DNA of 64,000 bases. Source: Macrostomum lignano (Eukaryota). Within the stretch, counting starts at the first letter, position 1. Each line of letters begins with the position of its first letter. Below the pieces are notes generated by a model. The model saw only the letters and a program-made list of their open reading frames with translations, was not told the DNA's origin and did not search any database. Below, in pieces: positions 11,306 through 24,820 of this stretch. The position numbers were made by a program, and so were the translations under genes. The DNA lies in NCBI GenBank assembly GCA_002269645.1, contig NIVC01000985.1, positions 134,587 through 198,586 of the forward strand. Direction: 5' to 3'.

Positions 11306-14300
11306 AATAAATGTATTCCACGCAAGAATATGCAATTAATACGCTCGTATTAATATAGTCAGCTCAGTAGTAGGCTAAGTTTTTGCCTAGACCAGACTAG
11401 ATAGATTCGTCTATGGTAGGCTGGCCTTTCTGCATACCAAATCCAAGTCTGGGCTCGCTTTGCAAGACCGGACTACCATAGACAGCTTTCTGGATACGGC
11501 CATTCATATAGCTCATAATCCACGACGCTACCGCTCGAGTAGTTTCGAAAATGGCAACCGAACGTTCCATACTGAGATTGGTACATCCACTATAAAATAG
11601 CGAATTTGATGTCATTGACTGGACGATAGCCAGCAGAAAAAATCAAGAAATCCGAAAGTGTATTTCTATGCAACATCAACCTTGTAAAAAGAATGTGGCA
11701 CTCAATGTAAAAAAGAGTCGGTCGTAAGAGCTTTTCTGAATTGAGAACTGTAGAGTACTCTTGAAGTACATCATTATAAGCAGGTGGCGCTCCGAGGAAG
11801 TGCCAGTCAATGAAATTCTGCCCCTGTGTCTGTCATTTAAAACATCTTTCCACATTGCTCAAAAGCATATTTGACCATAAATACGAGTTAGCAAATACGT
11901 GCTCCACTGCATGCTTAGAAATTAATTAATCAAGATCCGAAAATGATGCAGGCGCCAACAAAGAAAACAGTTCGATTTCTCTTTTCTGTTTTTACGCACG
12001 ATTGAATTCACAAAGAACACAAGAAAATCATTATCGCACCTGAACAAACTATGGCTTTATGAATGGAAAATACACAGAGAACTGAGAAGCGGAAATCGAT
12101 CAAAGTATCCAAAAGATTAAGAAGGGCACAAGAGAGTCCGAAAACCCAATCCGATCGAGGCGGCAGGTTCAGAGCAGCTGAGTTTGTCCTGTCTTTGAAG
12201 CATCAGTGCCAACCCACGCTGAGAGCGGGCGTCTTCTATAGCGCAAAAGCCGCAAATCTCTCCTGCAATAAAAAGATTATGGGCCCCGCTGGAGGGGATC
12301 GGAGGCCGTCTCGGCGCGAGCGGATCTTCATAAATCACCTGGTATTGCTGCAGTCTCAGCTGTCAAGCCCCCCCCCCCTCGGAGCAGGGTGTTATCTTTT
12401 TTCTACCTGGATTTCTCCTTTTACACCGTTTGGTCACTTCAGCTGCCTCTCTGGTTGCACTTATAATACACTCCTCTCACACTCGCAATGCATTATTAAT
12501 CTGCGGACACCGAAAAAGCGGATCTATCGAATGAAATTTTTTTCTTGTCGCTAAACTTTTGCCAGCGATTTTTGAGAAGGCTCAAACTCAAAATAAAATA
12601 GCATAAAATCCACGGCTAGATGCATGCCCAAGTTCTTGCACCGCAGGAATAACGATATGAACAACCGCAATGACTAAGCCTGCATGTTACAATAGCTTGA
12701 GTTGTTTCTAGTCTCCATTAACCTGACCAGTTCTTAAATGCACCATCAAGTTCCTCTTTCCTCAGTTGCATCATTTATGAGCAGAGAAAGGGTGAACCTT
12801 ACAAATAGCAGGTATTCAAATCGGGAACTGTCTGTCTCTCGCTAGCTCAGTATCACTAGCACAATTTCTATCCCATCTTGGGAAGCTGCTGATCCTACCA
12901 GCCCAGCTTATCCTGCAGCGATGCATGCAGCTGGATAGGGACAGGAAGAATTCCGGGAAGTAGTTCCACAGCTGCCACTGTTTGCGGACTTCACCCTGTA
13001 TAATCGCCAGCCGCACTGGATGACTGACAATCGAGTGCAGAGGCTGGTGGCTGAGCTGGGGGGGAGGGGCTCTCCTTGCCTTGTCACGCCCAGAGCCCGC
13101 CGGGCAGACGCCCTCTCAGCATCAGTTGCCACGAGTCCATTAAGCAGACCGAAGCGCTGCTACAGCTGTCTAATAAATCCCTACGAGCTCAAATTTTATT
13201 ATTTTATGTCGAATTGTCCTTGCAAAGACTGCGCATCGGGTTCGTTGAGTTTTTAGCACCCCCCACAATTCACTGGATCCCGATCTTGGTGCTTGACTGC
13301 CCCAGTTCCGATGCCAAGTCCAAGTCCATATTCGGAGACAGATATATCCTCAGGTCTTGAGTGAATAATTGCTGCTGAGTTATCCAGGAGATTGATAATG
13401 GCTAGAAAGTGTTTGGAGAAATAATCTAGAAAACCTGGGCTGACATCCTAACTGGGCATTGGATTGAATTGAACATGAACATGAACATTGAACATGAGGT
13501 CATACAGCAGTTCCGGGAGCTCATCATGACCCCCTTTCAGACCCGCGGCACCGCGACAAAAAGGCCTGCAGTGGCAGGAATCCTGATCAATGGATGTTTG
13601 CAATAAAATGTTGTCGCAAGATACGAACGTGTCGATTAGAAATACATTGTAAATATTAAGTGTATTGTACGAGCGTATGTGCATGTATAAATGAAACACA
13701 GAAGTATATACGAGTTCTTGTGTGTTTGCGTTGTAGCCCAATCACGTCGGTGGGCCTGGGCCAGTTCCGGCGACCGAGACTTTGGTCTCGAGAAAGGTTA
13801 CTGACCTCCTGATCTGAGGCTGGGTCCAGAGAGCTAAAGGGATCAGTTGCCTTACGTTGCCAGCTAAGAAAAACTTTGGCACCTGCACATGAAAACTGCG
13901 TCGATAATTTAGGCTTGTTTTACTCCACTCTATCTTAAAATGTGAGATCGTGACACCCGTCTGAGACAAAAAACAGATTTCAGAGAAGTAGACCACAGGC
14001 TTGACACAGCGGCTTCTATTCAGAACTACCTCCCACGGTTTCCATTCCATTTTTGAAGCCGCTGTTTAGGTACATGCTGCCGCGTTAAGATACCCTGCTG
14101 TTGACACAAAGGGATCGGAATTAGACAAAGCAAATTATCGAAATTTCCCAACTAGCAGGATAACATAAGATCCTTACACACAGAGCTCTTTCCGTCCTTC
14201 TGCTCCACTTTTTCCCACGCTTCAATCGTCAAACGCTTTGTGCCAAACCAAACAAGAATGGTGGAATTTGAGATGAAGTGGTAATTGAAACTTGTGACGC

Positions 14301-17083
14301 TGCCGACGTAGAGCAGAGAGCAACAGGGATGCTGCTTCCTGATCCCGGATAGTCCAGCATCCGTGCTTCGCCAAATGCTTTCCTGCTCTCTCTATTTCAG
14401 CTCCTATACGCAAATATCTAAAAACACGTCGAAGCATCGATCGGCCAAAACCGGACGTAAATTTCGGGCCCCTCGCAGCTATCCCAGCCACCTCATTCAC
14501 CCTCCAATTCGCCGCAGTCCTCCGCTCGTCTCTACTTAAGCTCGAAATTCGTCTCCCTAAACAGAGCTTTTTCAGCAAGTCGTACAAGACGGAGTGAAAA
14601 AGCAGTAGACGAAGAAACTTCTAACGTTAATTAATAGGAAAACTCAGCAAACACAGTCCCCTATACGCCCGCGCCTTCTTCTCTTTCTCGTCACTGCTTC
14701 TTTTACAATCACAACATGAGAGGCTCTGTTTTCTGATACCATTGGCCCACAAAAATTTCCTGCCAACTTTTCCATAATAGTTTGGATATTTAGGCTACAA
14801 ATTCATTGAAGAGGGCGAACGATGCGCTACCCGAAGGGCCCCCCATTCTGACTCTGACTATGGGGGGGCTGACTTTTTTAGGAGTGTTGCCTAAATGCGT
14901 TATGACACCTCCGGCCCTCTGTATAGCCACCTGTGGTCAGCGCGAGGTGTACCTTGGTGTTGTTGTTCATGGAAGAGTGCGGCCTTACGCTGTCATAATA
15001 AGTGTCTTTGATAAAGTCTGGTACGAGATGTACGTAAAATTAAAACTGTGGGTTTAGCCCTCCTGAATACGTTTGGTCTGGAAAACGTTTAAGTAGTTTT
15101 TAGTTCCTTATATACGCTCTGAGAAGATATGAGAAGAAAAGTTACACTATAGCTATATATATCTTAGTCCTATATCATTGCTAAAACTGCAAGAGCATGC
15201 GTGTGCTGGAAACATCCGACACACCATGCTTAAGGCATTGACACACACTTCGATGGCACTTCAGTCAGGATTTTACATCCTCCAGAATGTCAGTTTCCCA
15301 CGCCTGGAGCGTTTCTTGTTTGACGTCAAACTAATTGGCAGCTGGCAAGCAATGGGGAATGTCATTTCTTTGTTAGAAATGAAAAAGACTTCCTCACTTC
15401 TCTGTAATCATGCTCCCCACCCTCGTCACTCTCATGAACTTGCAATGTCATCAGACGGACGGTTCTGCCAGGAAGTGATTGTCGACTGCAGCGAACTCTG
15501 GCATCGGTCTCTTTGTTTGCAGAAATTATTGGTTGCTGCGTCTCTCGAGCAGTCGTCTCATCCAAAACACAGAAACAGGCCCGAGCAGCACTGTAGCTTA
15601 AACAGCGGCAGTTGCAGCTTTAAATTAACCTAAATTGTCTCGACTATCTCATTTCCAATTTCACTGCACTGCGCTCAGGCCTGCAATTTGCTGCGGCTGC
15701 TCTTTCGTTCTAACCTCTTCAGGTCTCAATGGAATTCTATGGATTACTATGCAGAGTAAGTTCAGGAAGAAAGCTATGGCAAGTTCAACTGCAAAGGCGA
15801 CTGTTTGCTTTCAGGTGAATATTTACCTGCGAGACGAGACCTTGGCGGTTCAGATTGTAAGTGGAACAAGTCTTTAGTAATATTTTATCTCTAAATCAGC
15901 AGAATACTATAGTAAGTCTTTTGAGTATTGCTGAATGAAAATCACGGTGACATTCGACAGTCAGCGCGGGATTTATGCCAATTTTGACTTCTGAGTACTA
16001 GCATACATGCTCAGAAAAAAGCACACATTCCAAGCTTCGACCAGTAGCCAGAAATTCTCGCACAAACGCCATATTAATTTGAAGCCATGCGAAGTCGAAC
16101 CCCTCACTTACGGTATACTCGTAAGCTTCCAAGCAATGAGCGAAATGCATTTATTCACTCGTAAGAGTTGAAGCCGTCGTGCTCAGCACAAGTAGTTATT
16201 CAGAGAAAGAGCGTTGTCCAAATATCAAATCTGAAAACTCAGTTTGAAGCAGAATGTGTGTTAATTTTAACACTAGTATATAGTTAAATAGTTAGAACGA
16301 TCTGTGTATATTTATGCTTGTTGCAATGGAGATGGCACTGCATTTAGTACTCATAAAAAGTGAAGCATATGCAGTGTGAAGACGGAGCCAGGCCTATATA
16401 TTTGTTGTCACTACACTTAACAACAGACAGGGAGAAGAGGCTTTAAGGTAGCTATGAAATTTCTGCTTCAGATTTTCTAGGCAGCTCCGGCTCAAGCTTC
16501 TGGGACAAAAAATCAAAATAACAACATAAATAATGTGACACCTTAAAACGCAAATGGATTTCATTGCATTACGGTATACGATTTTCATAATATTTTACTC
16601 AATGCACAACGCGTAACCAAGTCAAATAATAAAAGCAAACTGATTATTCATTCGCTTTAGGTAAATAGAAAGAAATCCTCACAAAGCATTGATAAATCCA
16701 AAGTCTTAACGCCCAACTATTTGAATATCACGTGGGGGCGTAAGCTATGAAAATTACGAGCGTAGTAACTCATACGGGATGAAAAGTAAAAAAGCAGGTC
16801 AGTGATAATTCGCAAGTGTGGATGGTTACAGAAAAGGATGTTGTTTTTTCAATAGCTAGAATCAGTTTCAATGGTTAACGCGTCAAATTTTTTTTGATAA
16901 ACCGTGCATAGATGCAAGATATCGCAATAAAAAGCTACTGATAATTTGTTTGTGCTTAGTTTTCACTCACAGTACGCAAATATGCCATAAATAGATATAT
17001 AGTTATGATATCAAAGCGGGCGCTATCAAAATATTTTTATTGGTCTCGAGTTCAGAGATTCGAGGCTTTTGTTAAAATCAGGC

Positions 17084-19144
17084 TCACTCCAGCATCTGCC
17101 GCTCCTTTCCCGGCTGGTCCATCAGCTCGATCGCCTCCTCCTGATTGGCCGGATGCTCGTGGATTTCCGGCCTCTGGACTGTACACTGCGGAGCTTCGTC
17201 GACGACAATTTCGTCGCCGTCGTTAGTCCGCCGGTCGCCAGCGACTCCGCCGTTTGCGTCGCCACCGCCACCAGCGCTGCTTCCTCCTCCTCCACCTCCT
17301 CCGCCGCCACCGCCACCGCCGCCCTTGCGATCAGCGCGACCACCTTGCCTCTCCGGACGGATTCTGAGCAGGCGAAACGCCTCCGCCTTGAAGGCTGGCC
17401 CAGCCAGGCAGTACAGCAAGAAATGGATTGCGTAATTAAGATTGAACATGCTGTAGCAGCATACCTGGCCCAGGTAAATCAGGTTCAGNNNNNNNNNNNN
17501 NNNNNNNNNNNNNNNNNNNNNNNNNNNNNNNNNNNNNNNNNNNNNNNNNNNNNNNNNNNNNNNNNNNNNNNNNNNNNNNNNNNNNNNNNNNNNNNNNNNN
17601 NNNNNNNNNNNNNNNNNNNNNNNNNNNNNNNNNNNNNNNNNNNNNNNNNNNNNNNNNNNNNNNNNNNNNNNNNNNNNNNNNNNNNNNNNNNNNNNNNNNN
17701 NNNNNNNNNNNNNNNNNNNNNNNNNNNNNNNNNNNNNNNNNNNNNNNNNNNNNNNNNNNNNNNNNNNNNNNNNNNNNNNNNNNNNNNNNNNNNNNNNNNN
17801 NNNNNNNNNNNNNNNNNNNNNNNNNNNNNNNNNNNNNNNNNNNNNNNNNNNNNNNNNNNNNNNNNNNNNNNNNNNNNNNNNNNNNNNNNNNNNNNNNNNN
17901 NNNNNNNNNNNNNNNNNNNNNNNNNNNNNNNNNNNNNNNNNNNNNNNNNNNNNNNNNNNNNNNNNNNNNNNNNNNNNNNNNNNNNNNNNNNNNNNNNNNN
18001 NNNNNNNNNNNNNNNNNNNNNNNNNNNNNNNNNNNNNNNNNNNNNNNNNNNNNNNNNNNNNNNNNNNNNNNNNNNNNNNNNNNNNNNNNNNNNNNNNNNN
18101 NNNNNNNNNNNNNNNNNNNNNNNNNNNNNNNNNNNNNNNNNNNNNNNNNNNNNNNNNNNNNNNNNNNNNNNNNNNNNNNNNNNNNNNNNNNNNNNNNNNN
18201 NNNNNNNNNNNNNNNNNNNNNNNNNNNNNNNNNNNCTCCGCTTGAAGGCTGGCCCAGCCAGGCAGTACAGCAAGAAATGGATTGCGTAATTAAGATTGAA
18301 CATGCTGTAGCAGCATACCTGGCCCAGGTAAATCAGGTTCAGAACGATTTTCTTTTGCCTCATAAATAGTGTCACGCTTCTCATTCAGCACCACGGTGAG
18401 GATGAGGTAGGGTACGAGGAAACCAGGTAGAAGATGCTGGTGCACAGAAGCATTTTCGTGAGGTTGCTGCCGTCCTTCTCTCTTGTTCGGCGCTTTGTGC
18501 AAATTTTTCTCGCGCTTAGCTTTCACCGATGCAGCGTGCGAATAATGAGCAGGTTGGCAATGAGCATGACTAGAAACGGTCCGACTGTTATTAGCGAAGG
18601 ATCGACGTACTTCACGTACGCTTTCCTAATAAACTCGTCCTCAGACGAGCAGATTGTTTTGTTGTTGTCGTTTACCATTAGGGTCATGTACCATGGATGT
18701 CGGCAGTTGATAAGAGACACTAAACAGGCTATCAGTATGCACACTAGCTTGGAACGTTTAATCGTGCAAAACTGTCTGGCCTTAAAGGGGCACACGACCC
18801 AAACCATCCGATCGATGGTCACGGCCACGAGTACCCAGGCGCTGATCTGCGTCACAGAGTAGTTCAGAAACAGCTGCAGCTTGCAGAGCACTATGTGCGT
18901 GTCTCGAAACTGCGTGCTACTGGTGAAGACAGCAGCCGCCAGGGCCTTTGTTGTCGGGCCGACCAGCAGTACCAGGATGTCAACGGCGGCCAGAACGGTG
19001 AAGTAGAAAGCCGTGCTAGTGTTTCGCAGGTTCGGCGCGCGCAGCACCCTGATGGTGAGGATATTGCCGCCAATTCCAAACAGAGCGATTAGACCGGCCA
19101 GGCTCATCTCCAGGGCGACCAGACCTTCGTAGATTTTTGCTATT
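17084..19144 (-). CDS. Orphan class A peptide-type GPCR (FMRFamide-receptor-like); main coding exon, interrupted by a false gap and small indels; upstream exon not found
   Basis: TM1 GIGGNILT, TM2 LAAVD, TM3 TIDRMVWVVCPFKARQFCT, TM5 GPFLVMLIANLLII, TM6 LTKMLLCTSIFYLV(F)LVPY, TM7 NYAIHFLLYCLAGPAFK. The poly-Gly C-tail is ORF 17084-17449. Acceptor TTTTAG at 19150-19145. In-frame TGA at 18523-18525 and frameshifts near 18420 and 18360. Confidence 0.85.
17489..18235. other. Scaffold gap (747 N) whose flanks overlap by about 107 bp
   Basis: 17381-17488 is repeated at 18236-18342, differing only by one base missing from a CC/GG pair. Confidence 0.97.
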
Positions 19145-22100
19145 CTAAAATTTGTTATTAGAGAAGAGAACTGTCATAAGTTTGATATCCCATAGACACC
19201 ATTAACGCCCGCTAATGTCACTAACCGCCCGGAATTCCGCCCGGCAGATGAAATGTTCTTTTGACCACAGCGAATATCGTCTATGGCAGTAAGTGGGGGC
19301 TTAGCCACATGGATGAATGGTTTTATTCATCTATGCTTCGCCCCACAGCTTCCATTATGGGGACTCTGCCCCCACACCCCCGGCCCTTGCTATGAAGTGT
19401 AGCGTCGGGCAAAGATGTCTATGGTATAATATCATTGATACCCAGGCGTTAATGAGAAACCTTTTTGCAAGTGAATTCGCCCAAGCTGCAAAACCTTTTG
19501 TCCACTATAGGGAGCTAAATGTACAGTCTGGTAGATAATGCCATAGACAGCTGCGTTCATACAAAAACTTTTCTATAGAAAACAGCGCGAAACAAAGTGT
19601 CAATGTTAGAATGTTAACTATGATCCACTTGTCTAGTCTAGGGGACGAAATGTCGTCTTAAGCGCGAAAGAGAGACCGAGTGTTCCTTAACGACGTGTTA
19701 AACAAGCTCACTACCCAGACAGGCCAGCACTTTAGTGATAATGAAACGATAATTGAGCCAATGTTATATTATTCAGTCGATTTGCGAGGGTCATATAGGA
19801 TTAATCGATAAATTTGGGCTTGCCGCTATTAGGCTAACACAACAGTATAACGCAACATACATTGTTAGCAAGATACTAGCGATTGGGGTGGACGGAGCCT
19901 GGAGAGGTGATGGTTGGTTCGAAGGCGAAGCCTCATCAAATTGCTATTTACTGGGCGTGGACATCTGCAGCACTGGATGTCCAAGTCCTTGTACGCGAAT
20001 ATTGGTGCCCCACGCACAATTCAGTCATGCATCCGCCTTCATATACAAATTACTTTTGAGGTCAGCTGCCTAGCGCCATCAGTAAGTATGCAAAGCTCAC
20101 AGAGTTCATTTCCGTCAACTCGCGTCTATCTTTATCCAATTTCTCGCCACTCTGTTTATTCAAGAGCTATTAAAGTTGCGCCCCGATCTGCCTGCAGATT
20201 TTATGCAGCTCTTGCTGTTCCCATCATCCCTCCCAGTCTGTTGACATTGTTTAAGTACTTTTCCCCCGTTGGTTTTTCAAACCTCAACGCATCGCGAGGC
20301 GAACATGGCTGCTGGCGGGGCTGGCAGTGTCAACAAGGGGCTTCGGCGATAACGTGAGGATTTTCGTGCATTTGGCGGGTAGCTCTGCAGCTACAACTGT
20401 ATTTTGGGATGAGAAAATACTGGCAAGTAGGAGCGTCTTTTTCGCGCACAAGGCTCACGATTCAAACTGTAGAAGCCTTCACGATCCTAGATGCTCAAAG
20501 AAGAGAGAAGGAAACTCCCCCCTATCAAGATTTCGTTCCCCTGCATCATTCATCGTCGATACCGTAGCTTGAGATTGCAGAATCCTTAAGTCAGGGAGAA
20601 ATGTTGGTGCTCATGTCAAGAAAGGCAGAGACAGCTTAGGAAGTAGAAAGAGACAACTAGAAAAAGCAGAAAGCCTAAGCTGGGCCAATACTTCAAGGAT
20701 AAGGGTGAAGGAGACAAGCAGCAATAGCTCTCGAGGCTCGGCTTAACCCCTTCGTAAACAATGGAAAGGGTGGGGGGAATTTTTCCAGCAAAAAGAGAGG
20801 ACAGTGCGGATGGGAGTAAGAACAAGAGAAGGGTAGATGGGATTTCAGAGGCTACGTCAGTGCGGATGGGGTGAAGCTGAGAGACAAGAGCAAATGGAGG
20901 TTTGAGCCAAAAACTTGCAGTTCTGCAGCTAAGAATCCAAAATTCGCTTTATCCCTACATCTCCTATTTATTCACTACACAAGGCAAAATCCCCTATCCT
21001 ATGGTGGGAATAATTACCTGCTTGATTCTCTTGATTATCAGTTTCTTATACGGTGCATTCGTACTCGCAGCGTGGAAAATCAAGGAAAGGAAGGCTAAAG
21101 AGACTTGCATGGCTTGTGGGCGGTAATTTGTCTGGGAAGCGGGTGTGAGTCTCGGAGCGCCCAGTTCTCAGCTGGAGGAAGAAAATCGATGGCTGTGGCA
21201 ATGTGTGGGGCTGGAAGCCCTATCCCATCTTCCTTCCATCATGGAATGTGCTGTGCGTTCTTTTTCCATACTTCAAACTCCTATCCTGTCAATAAATCCT
21301 AAAACATGGCTTTAAATAAAATTAGTAACAATACAGATCGCTATATTTTCCTCTACCTGCAGGAGAAGCAGAGTGAGTTGGTTGCATAAAGTGGCTGAAG
21401 CTGAAAAACTCTGCTTGCAATTAGGAGACTCTACTGTCATTGCTGGTGGTTCTGTATCATTGGAAACTAATGACACGGCATGCTGCATAAGCAGTTCTTG
21501 CGATATAAAAGCGGGTCAACTCGGTTCTAAAGTCTTACCAAACCTGTTTTCGCCTTTTTAAATCCCAGCATAGACACGAACTGCTACTGGGCAGTCCTCA
21601 AACAGATAACGGGGGGAACACTAGTGTAAAACAGACTGTTGAGCAAAGAAGGAAGCTAAAGTAATTTTTATGGTTAATAGAATTAATTCGCACTGGCAGT
21701 GGAGGAGAAACTGGCAGGGAAGAGGAGAGGATGGACTGGCTGATGGTGGAGCTGAAAACTCGTTCGTCCCAACCTGCCACCTTGCCCAAATGCGGAGCTG
21801 TAATTTAATGACACCCTCTGTTCGGAACCAGCCTGCACTTCCTCTTTTTTCTCTTCCTCACTATCCTTTCTGCGTATGGCTTGCACTGTGCAAATTCTGG
21901 AGGCTCCATCTCTGGCCACACCTCCTGAGTATACTCTTTGGCTAAAAAGCCGAAAAGGAAAAGAGGAAGCCTTTTCCTGTAATGCCAAGCTGTATTCCTT
22001 TCCACCCAGAGTTTTGCTGTCTCCCGCTCGCACGAACCATGCAGTAATGCAAGTTGGCAGCGGTGGGATTCAAACCCCAGCAAAGTCTGAAAATTTTGTC

Positions 22101-23139
22101 TCATATGCAAAGTGGAAAAGTGCTTTAAAACTAAATAATTATTTTTACAATAGCAATGCATGCATTGACCCACAGCATCAATCTTTTGTAATCTGCATTG
22201 CCAGCTTCCCAGTCTACTCGTAAATAAATCAGCCAAGTCGGACAAGATTGCGACGCGGCAAACCAAAAGCCGGATTATGCCGAGCTGCCACTGAACAAGT
22301 AGAACGTGCTATCGAAAAGAAAGAGGATCTTGGAAGTAGATGAAGAGACGTGAGGCTGCATGTGGGTCACCTCGGACCAGCCGATGATGTGTTGAGATTA
22401 GTTTGAAAGAGCAACGCCAGATGGAGCCAGCGGCAGGAGGCTGAGAATCAATAGGAACTGGAAAATGAAGTGTAGAATTGGAATGAGCCTCATCGGCAAA
22501 GCTCTCAGGTTCCCTTCCTTTCTGTTCCAGAATCGCTCTCCACCAGCCCATGCTGGCCGCTCCCACATGCTATCTCCTATGTTTGAGCACCCACCCCAAA
22601 TCCCAAGTCCTATTGACCCGGAGCTGCCATCAACTCCGCCCTCAGTCTCTCGACAACATCATGTGGCTTCAAACTAGCATCGGACCTAAAAAATAATTTT
22701 CTCTCTCAGATTTCCGCTGTCAGTCTACAGTCTTCCAACTTCCTTTGAGAAATTTGGAGATAATTCAAGATAATTCTTGTTAATCTTTTTGAGGAAGCGG
22801 CGATAGGAAATCGAGGCTATTGATCTTCATCTAACTCACTGGTAGCGTCTGTGTTTGCGTGCAGCTCCGGGGCTCCCGAGCAAATCTTTGCCGACAAATT
22901 GATTCAAGTCTAATTATAAGTCTTCTTTGAAGAAGCTGGGCCCGTTGACCCCAGAGAAAGATATCTGGAGGCCGCATCTTTTTAGCGGGTGAACTAAGCT
23001 TTTTGTCGGGTGGACAGAATCACATTTTGTCTGATAATTTCATTAGTTCAAATCCGATTCAATTTTTATATTAGACAGAGACTATTTGCAAAGGTGTCAG
23101 GCCTGGCTTAAAGTGTAAGTGCGACTGCAAATTAAAACT

Positions 23140-23364
23140 GGTAGGTAGGTAGGTGGGTAGGTAGGTAGGTAGGTAGGTAGAGAGGTAGGTAGGTAGGTAG
23201 GTAGGTAGGTAGGTAGGTAGGTAGAGAGGTAGGTAGGTAGGTAGGTAGGTAGGTAGGTAGGTAGGTAGGTAGGTAGGTAGGTAGGTTGGTTGGTTGGTTG
23301 GTAGGTAAGTAGGTAGGTAGGTAGGTAGGTAGGTAGGTAGGTAGGTAGGTAGGTAAGTAAGTAG
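23140..23364. repeat. (TAGG)n microsatellite
   Basis: Direct reading. Confidence 0.97.
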
Positions 23365-24288
23365 AAAGTAGGCAGTTGGGAAAAGGTTTGAAGCTAGAAA
23401 AGGTAAATAGTGCTGCTATTCTAATTACAGTATATATCTGCGTAAGAGTTATTAAATGCTTATATAAGAGTTATCCTCCAATGTTTTGAATGCTTTTGCT
23501 AATTCTAGTAATATTCTTCTTCCACAATATCCATCTTCGTCACCAAAAGAAACAATGGCCAAAAACTCGGCAGGTGACTTTGCTGCTAAGCAAATATTCT
23601 TCCATTTTGGTTTTACACAAGATGGTCTGAGACAATGAGAGGCGAGCTTGAAGGAATATGTTAGAACGCTTGCGTGTTGCTCAACTGCCTGCCGTCAATT
23701 AGTCTGGCAAAAGAGTAAGAAGAGCTCCTAGAAGAGTCCCAGCAATAATTTATATTCCCTGCTGCGGTTTAGCTACAGGTCTCCCCTACCTCGAAGGAGC
23801 CTCCGTCCCAGAGGCCTGCGGCTGCATCATTAATGCCGCTGCCTGACTTCCTTCTCCTGTTTCAAGCAACTTGCCCCCGCAGGTGCCGCTAGCGGTGCAC
23901 AGTGCGGAGAACGGCAACTTAATACAAGCGAGGGTGAAAATACGCAGCTAGATGATTCGTTTGCGTGTCTGCTCTTGCATGCTGCGTGGCACTTTTCAAA
24001 AATTCATAGCCGATATCATAAAGAAGCCGCGCCAGGCAGTCTCCCACGCCACCAAGGTTTACAGGTGGGTGGGGAGCATAAACTATACAGAGAATTAGCG
24101 GCGCCACTGGCAATGACAGGGCAGGGGCAGCCCGGGCAGCCCTGCTCTAAAAAATCTTGATTGATAAAGCCGGTGAAGCGATGCGGCTCAAGGGGACTGA
24201 ATAAAACTGAAACTCTACTATTTTGGAATCTGGAAACAAAGGGGCTGATGAAGAGGGAAGATTGGCAAAATCGATCTCATTCGTAGCC

Positions 24289-24820
24289 ACCTACCTACCT
24301 ACCTACCTGCCTACCTACCTACCTACCTACCTACCTACCTACCTACCTACCTACCTACCTACCTACCTACCTACCTACCTACCTACCTACCTACCTACCT
24401 GCCTACCTACCTACCTACCTACCTACCTACCTACCTACCTACCTACCTACCTACCTACCTACCTACCTACCTACCTACCTACCTACCTCTCTACCTACCT
24501 ACCTACCTACCTACCTACCTGCCTACCTACCTACCTACTTGCCTACCTACCTACCTCTCTACCTACCTACCTACCTACCTACCTGCCTACCTACCTACCT
24601 ACCTACCTACCTACCTACCTACCTACCTACCTACCTCTCTACCTACCTACCTACCTACCTACCTACCTGCCTACCTACCTACCTACTTGCCTACCTACCT
24701 ACCTCTCTACCTACCTACCTACCTACCTACCTGCCTACCTACCTACCTACCTACCTACCTATCTATCTACCTACCTACCTACCTACCTACCTACCTACCT
24801 ATCTACCTACCTATCTACCT
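24289..24820. repeat. (CCTA)n microsatellite
   Basis: Direct reading. The YLPT ORFs (24223, 24539, 24687) are artefacts of it. Confidence 0.97.

Noticed and set aside
15200-15600. Possible hAT transposase relic (minus strand, CVLDETT...VRC)
   Set aside because: Only a short motif resemblance with stops in neighbouring frames and no TIRs; cannot be supported without a search.
18523-18525. In-frame TGA in the GPCR as selenocysteine or readthrough
   Set aside because: No SECIS seen. The neighbouring frame reads plausibly (RVKAKREK) and this contig demonstrably drops bases, so compensating indels are simpler.
19185-19560. CCATAGAC/GTCTATGG inverted motifs as EnSpm-like termini
   Set aside because: No correctly oriented terminal pair with a TSD.
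20902-21126. Viral env/glycoprotein C-terminus
   Set aside because: No ectodomain upstream (stop at 20878-20880), and a degenerate tRNA-SINE B-box-like sequence overlaps its start. Kept only as an unassigned relic.
22040-22085. tRNA genes suggested by B-box motifs (also about 16090, 38133 and 43435)
   Set aside because: No cloverleaf or acceptor stem; these are SINE heads or relics.
22860-22900. Integrase-like GAPEQIFAD
   Set aside because: Nine-residue resemblance only, surrounded by stops.
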